A program made the position numbers and the translations under genes. Positions 51,652 to 59,948 of a DNA stretch of 64,000 nucleotides are shown piece after piece. Position 1 is the first letter of the stretch; each line of letters begins with the position of its first letter. The notes beneath the pieces were generated by a model, which saw nothing but the letters and a program-made list of their open reading frames with translations, made no database searches and had not been told where the DNA came from. The stretch comes from a virus: IMG/VR virus record IMGVR_UViG_3300032235_001069, positions 1-64,000 of that record, one strand, 5' to 3'.

Positions 51652-53047
51652 GAATGTAGAGACAACTGTAGCTTTCATCAGAGAACTTCAAAACAGAATC
51701 AAACAATTAGAATCAGAAGCAAATAAAAACTACGACAAAGGATATGATATGGGCTACGAGACTGGCTATGAAGCTGGTTTAAACGCCGCATACATATCTA
51801 GTCAACATCCAGAATAAAAGAATAAATATGATAACTGAAAAAAAAATGTCACTTAGCGAACTATTTGAAAGCTTTCCTTCTATTAATTTATCTCTAAAAG
51901 AAATTAGGGAAATTATTCCTGCAGAGGAAGTCATGAGTAGAAAATTTGTTTTCATAGACTCAGATTTATTGTTTGATATTGAAGAGGAGTTTGGGAGGAG
52001 TCTTGAAAAAGAAAGTCGCAAAAACGAAAGAAGAGAATTACCTCCACCTCCAGAAGTTCATTACTTTTCCTCTTTTGGTATTCACAGAATAATGGAGGAA
52101 ATGAACGATTTATGCGGTATGGATGAAATAGGTAGATCAGATTTGGAAGTATTAGGATTTGACTATGGCGAAGGTGGAGAAAATTGTCACATTTATGAAA
52201 TCCTTGATGAAGAAAAGTTTTTAAAAGGTAATGAACGATTTAATTTTAATTATAAGAATGTAGTTTTAACAAAGACAGATAAATACGATTCAATATGAAA
52301 TACCAAATCCGCAAAGTAGAAAAAGTAACCATCTGGGAAGCAACAGATGCAATTGAACTAAATCCTAAGTTCTTTAAGAAACTAAAAGATAACCCATACA
52401 AGGGCTCGACAGAAGAAGATTTCCTAAAGTATATCAATTCTCTTCAATTCGATCTACCACAAGAACTAGAGGATATTGATTTCGAAACCTATGATAAACT
52501 AAAAGATCTATTCGAAGGCGAAATGCAGAAAAAAATCTACAACTCAACAGCTGAACACTCCGAAGACTCTTGGCTCGAAATCGGTGACGTAGATCCTAGC
52601 TATTCTAAAAAAGGTGGATTTAATTCTCGATTTGATACTCTTTAATGTATGGGGCGCAATTATTGGGGTGATATAGAAGGTAAGTTTTGGTATGGTATCC
52701 AATCGTCGGATGACGCTTCTTTTTTCAAGGAGCCATCCTTGATAAATGAAGATGACGATGGCGATGAAGTTTCTCTCACGTATTCCTTTGATGAATCAGA
52801 TATAGAGCTGTTAGAGGACGTACTTGAGGAAATAAATAACGAACTTGGCCCTTGGAAAGAAAAGATTGATAAGTTCTGTAACCTCAACGAATCTTTTAGT
52901 GAAGATATCTTATGTAAAGAGACAGGTATCTTTGCGGAAGATAGCAAATCAATTCTAGCTTTATATGCTCGCATCAAACTAGGCAATCAAATACTAGATT
53001 GCGTTAAGGAGAATGGCGAATGTGTATTTGAATGTGAATTATAATTA

Positions 53048-53404
53048 ATGAGTGAAGCAATAAAGTCTTTACTTCCATATGATATGGCAAGGGGAGGTCA
53101 GGTAATAGAAAAGCTTGACCTTACCTTTGCTAATCATAACAGAAAAAATAAGCTTCATTCATACGCTACATCCAAGATGGATGATTTGCGTAAACAGTAT
53201 GAAGATACTATCGCCCCATGGGAATGGAACGAATACGTCGATACATTCGACATAGGCTTCGAACCCGTCGTAGGTAAGACGTACTATCTATACGAAGGCG
53301 TAACCAAATTCGTATCCATACTCAGTCCAAAAGAGTTCAGGAAAAAATCATTAGGTACAATCAAATTGTCTAGTGATGGTTATTGGATCAAGTTGGATGA
53401 ATAA
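53048..53404 (+). CDS. DUF2452-like protein
   Basis: FEPVVGKTYYLY...SILSPKE. Confidence 0.5.
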   Translation: MSEAIKSLLPYDMARGGQVIEKLDLTFANHNRKNKLHSYATSKMDDLRKQYEDTIAPWEWNEYVDTFDIGFEPVVGKTYYLYEGVTKFVSILSPKEFRKKSLGTIKLSSDGYWIKLDE

Positions 53405-53666
53405 TATTATTTATCTTTCCAATAGGGATGTCTGGAAAATATTTTCCATAACTTCTGCAAATAACAGAAAAGGAATCAAGCCTTTTAAATTTGAGGATGT
53501 TGGTTTGAAATTTGTAGATGAATTAGATGAATTTGTGGAAGACAATCTCAATATTCAAGAGCCTTATAATGCAGATACTATTGTAGAAAAAAAACGACGC
53601 TTTGAAGTAATAGACAAAAAAGAGTTTATATTTTTTGCAATTAAGTATGGCATAAATTATAATTAA
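53397..53666 (+). CDS. small protein, 'IKYGI' C-terminal family
   Basis: ends FEVIDKKEFIFFAIKYGINYN. Confidence 0.65.
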   Translation: MNNIIYLSNRDVWKIFSITSANNRKGIKPFKFEDVGLKFVDELDEFVEDNLNIQEPYNADTIVEKKRRFEVIDKKEFIFFAIKYGINYN

Positions 53667-53670
53667 TTAT

Positions 53671-53799
53671 ATGCGAAAGCTTTTTCGTTTTTATTGTCTT
53701 GACTGCGACAACGCATGGCTTGAAATCCTCAATGCAGATGAGATGCATTCAAGGTGTGAATACTGTAATAGTTTACAAACAGCAGAAGTGCTAGATTAG
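53671..53799 (+). CDS. small zinc-ribbon protein
   Basis: 42 aa, CLDC...CEYC. Confidence 0.5.
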   Translation: MRKLFRFYCLDCDNAWLEILNADEMHSRCEYCNSLQTAEVLD

Positions 53800-54009
53800 G
53801 GGTAAAAAATCAAATTACAATCGCGGCTGAATGTAATTTATAATGAATTTTTATTCCAGTTTTCTATTTGCTCTCTGTAGTTTGTAATGAGATGCAGTGT
53901 TTGTGGTGATTTAATGTAATTAGCCTAGTATATTACTGACTCGGCTCCAACAGAAGCGGAAAGAAATTTAATAATCGAATCGTTGTCATTTCATAACGAC
54001 TCATTATGG

Positions 54010-54030
54010 ACTAGGTAATTTTTGCCTAGT
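54010..54030. repeat. isolated copy of the TAGGCA palindrome
   Basis: ACTAGGTAATTTTTGCCTAGT followed by an A-tract and GGCCAA. Confidence 0.8.
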
Positions 54031-54094
54031 AAATTAAAAAACGTCAAAGCCGAATGGCCAATGAACGTTGGTTTGTATTGGCGTTTGTTACAAA

Positions 54095-54592
54095 TTAACG
54101 ATACGTTAATACGTATAAGGCTAACCAAAGCCAAGTGATATTGTCGGAACCTATATCGTAAAGGATAGTAGAGATCAAGTTAGTCATGTTCTTGGCTTGC
54201 TTTATCGTCTCAACAGAAGCGGAGAAGTCCAAAATGTTATCTGGGGACATGTAAATAGAGTCAAAAGCACTTACTTGCCCACTCGACTCACTGCCACGTA
54301 AAGCATCAAGATTATTAGAATTACCATCATATTGTTGGTTATTATAAGCCGACGCTAACGCCTTTTCCACAGGTTCGACAGGATACGCCAAACAAACGAT
54401 CTTATCAGCAGCAATAGGAGAAGAAACAATAGTAGAATGAGAGACAGAAGAAATAGAAGAAGAAGATAAAGAAGATGGTAAAGATGAAAGATTAGATGAA
54501 GAAGATGATTTTGAATGAGTGGAACTTTCACGTTTGCCTAACTCTCCCGTTTGTTTTATTTTACTCCTTTCACTAGGCTTTAATCTGCTCAT
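54095..54592 (-). CDS. doubtful Ser-rich ORF between the palindromes
   Basis: open frame with a low-complexity Ser tract and hydrophobic C-terminus. Confidence 0.3.
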   Translation of the reverse strand: MSRLKPSERSKIKQTGELGKRESSTHSKSSSSSNLSSLPSSLSSSSISSVSHSTIVSSPIAADKIVCLAYPVEPVEKALASAYNNQQYDGNSNNLDALRGSESSGQVSAFDSIYMSPDNILDFSASVETIKQAKNMTNLISTILYDIGSDNITWLWLALYVLTYR

Positions 54593-54662
54593 GCAACGAT
54601 TTACACGGACGTAGAACCGACGAGACAAAATATTTTGTAACTTATTGCAGACACAAAACTTA

Positions 54663-54925
54663 CAAAAATTTCTTACGATGGGCCAAATAATACAACTAGG
54701 CAAATTTTGCCTAGTAGCTCAAAAAAACCCAAAAAATTTCATGACCTCGGCCAAATAAAGAGGTAGGCAATTTTTGCCTAGTACGTAAAAAACTCAAAAA
54801 ATTTCATATAATGGGCCAAATAAGCGCCCCTCCCAACTAGGCAAATTTTGCCTAGTAATAAAAAAGCAAAAAATTCCCAGCCGCCAGGCAAATAAAGACC
54901 AGGGCAACTAGGCAATTTTTGCCTA
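54663..54925. repeat. four ~70-bp tandem units each ending in a palindrome
   Basis: CAAAAA(A)TTYC-N8-GGCCAAATAA-N4-12-TAGGCAAWTTTTGCCTA; palindrome cores start at 54697, 54764, 54838, 54909. Confidence 0.9.
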
Positions 54926-55150
54926 CCATCTAGTTATCGCCACCGATATGGTTAGTCACACAATTTCTTTTGTTTCTATGCTATTATATAGTAACACAAA
55001 TCTAAACGTATTTCGCGCAATCAAATCAAATCAAACGTTAGGTAAGACAATCAAACAAAAACAAAAAGAATCTTGTTAGTTAATTTTTTATCATTTAAAT
55101 GCGCCAAGGGGCTTGACAACCTCACTTCTTTCTGATTTAATCTCTCCCAT

Positions 55151-55450
55151 ATGAATACCCAATCCTATGCTCAAACCGTAAACGAAACTGCAGCAACCAA
55201 GCGTGGACGCGGTCGCCCATCTGGTTCCAACAGTTTTGCAAACGCACAAATCAAACAGTTGCTTACACTTCTGTCTGAAGATGCAGTTATCCCAGTGTCG
55301 CGCATCTGGTTACGTGATACATTTGGTGCGATTGCAGAGCCCGCACCTGTCATCATCAACACGGCCAATAACACTGTAGTAGAAAACCAAACAGAAGAAA
55401 AAATTCAGTTCCACATCGAAAAATTTGAGGACGCGAATTGTCCTTTTTAA
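55151..55450 (+). CDS. AT-hook DNA-binding protein
   Basis: KRGRGRPSG; TTGACA promoter just upstream. Confidence 0.7.
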   Translation: MNTQSYAQTVNETAATKRGRGRPSGSNSFANAQIKQLLTLLSEDAVIPVSRIWLRDTFGAIAEPAPVIINTANNTVVENQTEEKIQFHIEKFEDANCPF

Positions 55451-55486
55451 TTGACATTTAAATTCAACCCCTATATATTTGCTCAC

Positions 55487-56410
55487 ATGTTTGACAACCT
55501 CATTGGACAATCCGAAATCAAAGATCAACTGGGCTTCTACTCGAAAGCCTATCAAAAGACTGGTACTGTGCCATTTATATTGCTGAATGGTGCTAAAGGC
55601 TTGGGTAAGACCGAGTTCCTAAAAGCATTCAGCAAGACTATCACCAATAGTGATGGCAAGCCGCGCCCCATGCTGGAACTAAACTCCAGCACAATCAAGA
55701 ACAATACAATGTTCTTTGAGCAGATCTTCCTACCCATCGTGCAGGGAAACGAAGTAACTCTTTTCTTCGATGAGTGCCATGCACTCCCCAACGATCTGGT
55801 GATGGCATTCCCATCCATCCTCAATACAGAACGTACACCTTATAAGGAGTTCAACTGGAGAGAGTACACCTTTACTTTTGATTTCACTAAGATCTCCATG
55901 ATCTTTGCGACTACTGAGTTAGATAAACTATTTCCTCCTCTTAAGGATCGGCTGACTGTTCTTGATTTCAAACCATATAATCAAAATAAGTTAGCCGCAA
56001 TCATCAAGGGTCGCTTGCCAGATGTAGAGTTCGAAGATGGTCTGCTGGAAGAGATTGCCACCACTACCAGAGGTAATGCGCGTGATGCAGTTAAGCGTGC
56101 AAAACAAATTGAGTTGTATTGTGAAACCAATAACTCTAATCTGTTTCTCAAAGATGAGTGGAATGATCTTCGCAAAGTGCTTGGTATCAAACCTTTGGGG
56201 CTTTCTAATACAGAGTTGCAAGTGCTTGAGATTCTTAACACTAGGGGGCCATCTACCCTACAGACTATCGCAGCAGTAACTGGCATGAGTCGTACTGCAA
56301 TCCAGAAGGATGCTGAACTGTATCTCCTACAGCGTGGACTCATGAAGATCAATGGTGTTCGTGAGCTTACCAAAGCAGGATCAGATCTAATCAAACAAAT
56401 GTCAGAGTAG
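55487..56410 (+). CDS. RuvB-like AAA+ ATPase with C-terminal winged helix
   Basis: GAKGLGKT, FFDECH, ATT...PLKDR, RGNARDA, GP...IAA...E.YL...G. Confidence 0.85.
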   Translation: MFDNLIGQSEIKDQLGFYSKAYQKTGTVPFILLNGAKGLGKTEFLKAFSKTITNSDGKPRPMLELNSSTIKNNTMFFEQIFLPIVQGNEVTLFFDECHALPNDLVMAFPSILNTERTPYKEFNWREYTFTFDFTKISMIFATTELDKLFPPLKDRLTVLDFKPYNQNKLAAIIKGRLPDVEFEDGLLEEIATTTRGNARDAVKRAKQIELYCETNNSNLFLKDEWNDLRKVLGIKPLGLSNTELQVLEILNTRGPSTLQTIAAVTGMSRTAIQKDAELYLLQRGLMKINGVRELTKAGSDLIKQMSE

Positions 56411-56457
56411 AGAGTAGTCAAACAGCCCCCCTTCGAGTGAAGGGGGGTAACTCTTTT

Positions 56458-56706
56458 ATGAAAGCGCAATACATCTTCAGACACATAAGCAAGAGAAAGT
56501 CAAGAACTATCTTGTTCCATTGCTTGTATGATCCCAAAACATTGCGCATTATTGCAATGAGTGCATTCAACTTCGACGATGGAGTAGCTAAAGAATGCGA
56601 CTACTCGCTCTTCACCGACGAAGAGCTGAACTACACGCTCGCGTGGCTCGAACTAATGCTAGAGACTAAATCGTGGGAGGAAGATAAGCAGGAAGATAAA
56701 GAATAG
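56458..56706 (+). CDS. hypothetical protein
   Basis: 82 aa after a G/C hairpin. Confidence 0.5.
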   Translation: MKAQYIFRHISKRKSRTILFHCLYDPKTLRIIAMSAFNFDDGVAKECDYSLFTDEELNYTLAWLELMLETKSWEEDKQEDKE

Positions 56707-56794
56707 TCAAGAGTAAAAATTAACAAAAATTATTCTAAATAAGACGAAATAAGTAGGCAAAAACTGCCAGGGGGAGCCCTGGTCAGAAAAGACT

Positions 56795-56825
56795 ACACCC
56801 CACCCTTTCGGGTGAGGTGTTTTTT
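56795..56825. terminator. terminator at the convergence of + and - gene blocks
   Basis: ACACCCCACCC-tttc-GGGTGAGGTGT followed by a T run. Confidence 0.75.
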
Positions 56826-56889
56826 ATTGGGGGGAAATTTATTTACTTTTTATTCTTGCTTGCCAGTGCGAACACAACTAGTAGAACAA

Positions 56890-57444
56890 TTAAGATTTGC
56901 ATTTGCTGGGGGCATATGGCTCTCCTGTTTCTAGGTTGATGAGGACAACGTCGTCGAGATGTCCTCCGTCTTTTGCGTTCTTGGCATAGGTATCAAGCAT
57001 AAGGCTTGGCGTTACATGTCTTGCATATACATAGATCTTGCCACTTGCAACGTTTCTGATTGCCCACTTGGCGTTCTTTGGTACGCAGAGCCACTTGCTG
57101 CTGTCGTAGCATCTCTCGACAGGTATTCCCAGCTTCTTCATCCAAGACTTCCAAGTAGGCCCATGCCCCCAACCCTTGTTAACTTCCCAATCTAAAGCGT
57201 GCGCCCATTCGTGTAAAATAGTTTCTTTTGCTTTTTTTAAGAAGTTCGGGCTGTTCTTGTTTATGTGTATTATGTGGGTGGAAAGCTCGATTCGTTTTGT
57301 CTTTCCATTATCAGATCTCCAAGCCCTGCCCATTACAGTTCTAAGCCTTTTGTTCCATTTGATTTCCCACCCTTCTAGGATGGGATACTGGAGTTTGATC
57401 TGAGCAGAGATGTCTTTGAACAATGTATTTACTTCGGCAATCAT
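56890..57444 (-). CDS. SprT-like metalloprotease
   Basis: WNKRLRTVMGR...IELS...TILHEWAH...GHGPTWK. Confidence 0.85.
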   Translation of the reverse strand: MIAEVNTLFKDISAQIKLQYPILEGWEIKWNKRLRTVMGRAWRSDNGKTKRIELSTHIIHINKNSPNFLKKAKETILHEWAHALDWEVNKGWGHGPTWKSWMKKLGIPVERCYDSSKWLCVPKNAKWAIRNVASGKIYVYARHVTPSLMLDTYAKNAKDGGHLDDVVLINLETGEPYAPSKCKS

Positions 57445-57445
57445 A

Positions 57446-57631
57446 TTAGTCTTCGTTTCTAAATTTAATCTCATCTTGGATGTAGTCAAGCAAATTTAGG
57501 ATACCATCCATATGTTCGCGCATTTCATCTGTCCACTCAATTTTCTCATCCATGAGTTTGTAGAGTGTTTGTTTTTGTTTGTCTAACAGAACTGGACAAA
57601 CTGTTATTTCGATGTCGTACAATTTATTCAT
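57446..57631 (-). CDS. hypothetical protein
   Basis: 61 aa; LLDKQK...GILNLLDYIQD. Confidence 0.55.
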   Translation of the reverse strand: MNKLYDIEITVCPVLLDKQKQTLYKLMDEKIEWTDEMREHMDGILNLLDYIQDEIKFRNED

Positions 57632-57650
57632 ATTTTTTAGCAATTTAAAT

Positions 57651-57725
57651 TGGCGATTCTAGCTGGATTCGAACCAGCAATAATTCTTTAGAAGAGAACT
57701 GTGATGTCCATTTCACTATAGAATC
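57651..57725 (-). tRNA. tRNA-Arg(TCT)
   Basis: GATTCTA/TAGAATC, GTTCT-CTTCTAA-AGAAT, CCA. Confidence 0.9.
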
Positions 57726-57766
57726 TTTGTTCACTGGGATAAATTCAAAGTGTAAACACTTGAACT

Positions 57767-58252
57767 ATGGACAAGAGTATTTTAGCAGAGATGATAAGTC
57801 AAGGATTTTCCACCAGAGAAATTTCGAAAAAAATGAATTGCGGCCAAACAAATGTTATGTATTGGATGCGAAAACATAATTTAAATATTTTAACTAAAGT
57901 GAAGAGCGAAAAAACTTGTCCAAAATGCAAGCAAATTTTAGATCTTTCTTTTTTTTACCAAAGGAGAGGAAAAATTGGAGGATCAGTTTATTGCAAAGGC
58001 TGCACTAACTCACAAGCAATGGAGAGGCAGAAAAAATTAAAAATACAATGCGTTGAATACAAGGGTGGCTGTTGTCAAGTTTGTAATTATTCTAAATCTT
58101 TATCCGCTTTGGAATTTCATCACTTGAATCCAAGCGAAAAGGAATTTAGTTTATCTAGCAAAAAATCGTTTTCTTTCAACGAGCTGATAAAAAAGGAACT
58201 GGATAAATGCATTTTGCTTTGCGCAAATTGCCATAGGGAACAACATGACTAG
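57767..58252 (+). CDS. HNH homing endonuclease with N-terminal HTH
   Basis: KGGCCQVCNY...ALEFHH...CILLCANCHRE; paralog of 27622..27966. Confidence 0.85.
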   Translation: MDKSILAEMISQGFSTREISKKMNCGQTNVMYWMRKHNLNILTKVKSEKTCPKCKQILDLSFFYQRRGKIGGSVYCKGCTNSQAMERQKKLKIQCVEYKGGCCQVCNYSKSLSALEFHHLNPSEKEFSLSSKKSFSFNELIKKELDKCILLCANCHREQHD

Positions 58253-58584
58253 ACTGAGCTATGGGTACTGGAAAGATCAATGCTCTTGCGGTGATATTCT
58301 TCACCATAAACTCTTTCTGTCAAGACAATTTCGACTTTGCCTGACGGATAAACATACACCTCACCATAAGTGCCAAGAAAATAATCGAACTTTGGATAAT
58401 GTTCTCTTAGAAAATCAGCAACTGCATCTCCGTAGTCGTCGCCCATCTTGACGCACGCGCCTTCCATATATGCTGCCGCATCAAACCATTCGAAGATACG
58501 GTCTTGAGCAGACCAGTTAAAGATGGCATAGTCTAGCTTACCACTCTTCAGAAACTCAACAAGATCAAGCAATGTCTTTTCCAT
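58249..58584 (-). CDS. hypothetical protein
   Basis: 111 aa directly below promoter module A. Confidence 0.65.
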   Translation of the reverse strand: MEKTLLDLVEFLKSGKLDYAIFNWSAQDRIFEWFDAAAYMEGACVKMGDDYGDAVADFLREHYPKFDYFLGTYGEVYVYPSGKVEIVLTERVYGEEYHRKSIDLSSTHSSV

Positions 58585-58593
58585 ATGCGATAC

Positions 58594-58691
58594 ATGATAG
58601 CCAGTGTTAGGGAGAATGCAACACTTATTTCAAAAAATATTTACGCACTTGTGCGTAATAACACTTGACAGGGAGCCAGGGCTATCCCTGG
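58594..58691 (-). promoter_or_regulatory. hairpin-promoter module A
   Basis: TTGCAT-16-TATCAT on -; TTACGCACTTGTGCGTAA; TTGACA; CCAGGGCTATCCCTGG. Confidence 0.8.
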
Positions 58692-58714
58692 AACGTAACC
58701 ACCTCATTCTGAGG

Positions 58715-58800
58715 TGGTACGGGGAGTGGGACTCGAACCCACACGCTCTAACGAGCATCAAATTTTAAGTCTGATGTGGCTGCCATTACACCATCCCCGC
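58715..58800 (-). tRNA. tRNA-Leu(TAA)
   Basis: TCAGA-CTTAAAA-TTTGA, long variable arm, CCA. Confidence 0.92.
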
Positions 58801-59226
58801 TTTTCTTTTCTTGTTTCTCCAGTTGTCTGTCAAAGCATGACAGTTGCAACATAAGAGTTGAAGATTTTCAAAATTGTTATTGGTTCTATTTCCATCTACA
58901 TGGTGAAGCTCCAAAGGGATACTATCACTCAACCATTCACTTTGCAAGCATTTTTCGCATTTGTGGCCTTTTTCATTTATTAAATGAGAACGAAGATTCT
59001 TTGTTCTTTTGTAGGAAGACCAATCTTTAATCCTTTGATCTTTGCTCCAAAGTTGACCAGTGAAATGCGACGTTTCTAAATTTAGTTTAGCAATCTTTGT
59101 CTTGACTGTATCAAAGTTTCCACCAGCTTCCTTTAGATCCAAAAATCTAAGGACTTCAGAAATGGATTTGCTTTTCTTAACCGCATTAATCAAATCCTCT
59201 TCTGTGTATCGTCTATACTTTCTCAT
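58786..59226 (-). CDS. HNH homing endonuclease
   Basis: CEKC...LELHHVDGNRTNN..ENLQLLCCNCH. Confidence 0.88.
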   Translation of the reverse strand: MRKYRRYTEEDLINAVKKSKSISEVLRFLDLKEAGGNFDTVKTKIAKLNLETSHFTGQLWSKDQRIKDWSSYKRTKNLRSHLINEKGHKCEKCLQSEWLSDSIPLELHHVDGNRTNNNFENLQLLCCNCHALTDNWRNKKRKAGMV

Positions 59227-59289
59227 GCTTTATTTTACACTAAAAAGGTAGACGAAGAATCAATTTGATTGCGAGACTGCCGAAGAAAG

Positions 59290-59562
59290 TGGGGGAGGTG
59301 GGAATTGAACCCACGACCAAGCGATTATGCTTACTACTATAACTTTCGTTACCAGAATTTCTGTTTGTAGTCTGGACTATGCCTTTACCGTGGTATTTCT
59401 ACTTTAGGTAGGTGATTATAGTCTCTACACGTTCCTCTTTCGAGGCTTCGCTCGACGTTGGGATTTTAAACCGTTCATCGAATTTACACCTTACTAATTA
59501 TTCGTTTCCGAATAATCGACCCATTATTAAGTCGCCTGCTCTTACCTCTGAGCTACTCCCCC
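59290..59562 (-). tRNA. intron-containing tRNA(CAT), probably Ile2; exons 59530-59562 and 59290-59329
   Basis: spliced form GGGGGAG...GGCGA-CT^CAT-AA-TCGCT...CTCCCCCA, 73 nt; arm matches E. coli ileX as recalled. Confidence 0.88.
59330..59529 (-). mobile_element. group I intron, 200 nt, no ORF
   Basis: P1 CGACU/GGUCG with U.G at the splice site, GAGACTA/TAGTCC P7, GAAA tetraloops, terminal G. Confidence 0.88.
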
Positions 59563-59569
59563 TAAAAAC

Positions 59570-59890
59570 TTACAATTCAAAAGCGAGAATGTTATCTGCT
59601 GGAAGAAAGTTCAACTCTGCCTCACCTTCATATAAGGAATATCCTAGCACAGTCAAAGCGAAGACGCAAGCATTATCGTAAGAAAAATCTCGAAAGGAAT
59701 GAATCTCTACACCATCATCTTTGTCCACGATGTAATAGTCTTTAATCTCATCAGACAAAGATTTAGGTTCTACACGAAAGCCCAAATGTGTAAGGGCTTG
59801 TTCTTCAGCGGTTTCCGCTGAATCTTTGTCAATCATTACTTGTTCCTGAAAGGAAGTATCATCTTCGATTAGTGTGTATGGTTCGTGCAT
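59570..59890 (-). CDS. hypothetical acidic protein
   Basis: internal duplication A..ALT.LG(F/Y); start uncertain. Confidence 0.6.
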   Translation of the reverse strand: MHEPYTLIEDDTSFQEQVMIDKDSAETAEEQALTHLGFRVEPKSLSDEIKDYYIVDKDDGVEIHSFRDFSYDNACVFALTVLGYSLYEGEAELNFLPADNILAFEL

Positions 59891-59948
59891 ATTTATTTCT
59901 TTAATGTTAAGCATATTACTACAAGGGTTACGATTAGAGCATCCATAA

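Larger units (their letters stand above)
46065..53044 (+). other. dense array of ~25 small hypothetical ORFs
   Basis: co-oriented 50-200 aa ORFs with overlapping stop/start junctions, including a GKGSKPRP peptide gene at 46295..46456. Confidence 0.6.

Noticed and set aside
54348-54518. Acidic + strand frame with an in-frame TGA, suggesting stop-codon recoding
   Set aside because: No start codon, bounded by TAA upstream; genes elsewhere end normally at TGA, TAG and TAA, so code 11 fits
54663-54925. CRISPR mini-array
   Set aside because: The 'spacers' share conserved boxes (A-tract, GGCCAAATAA), periods vary from 67 to 74 bp, the repeat core is only ~17-21 bp, and no cas gene is in the window
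55019-55036. CAAAT/TCAAA short tandem repeat
   Set aside because: Only about three copies in AT-rich DNA; not distinguishable from chance
59412-59681. 89-aa + strand ORF as an intron-encoded protein
   Set aside because: Antisense to the intron and tRNA exon, with no endonuclease motif
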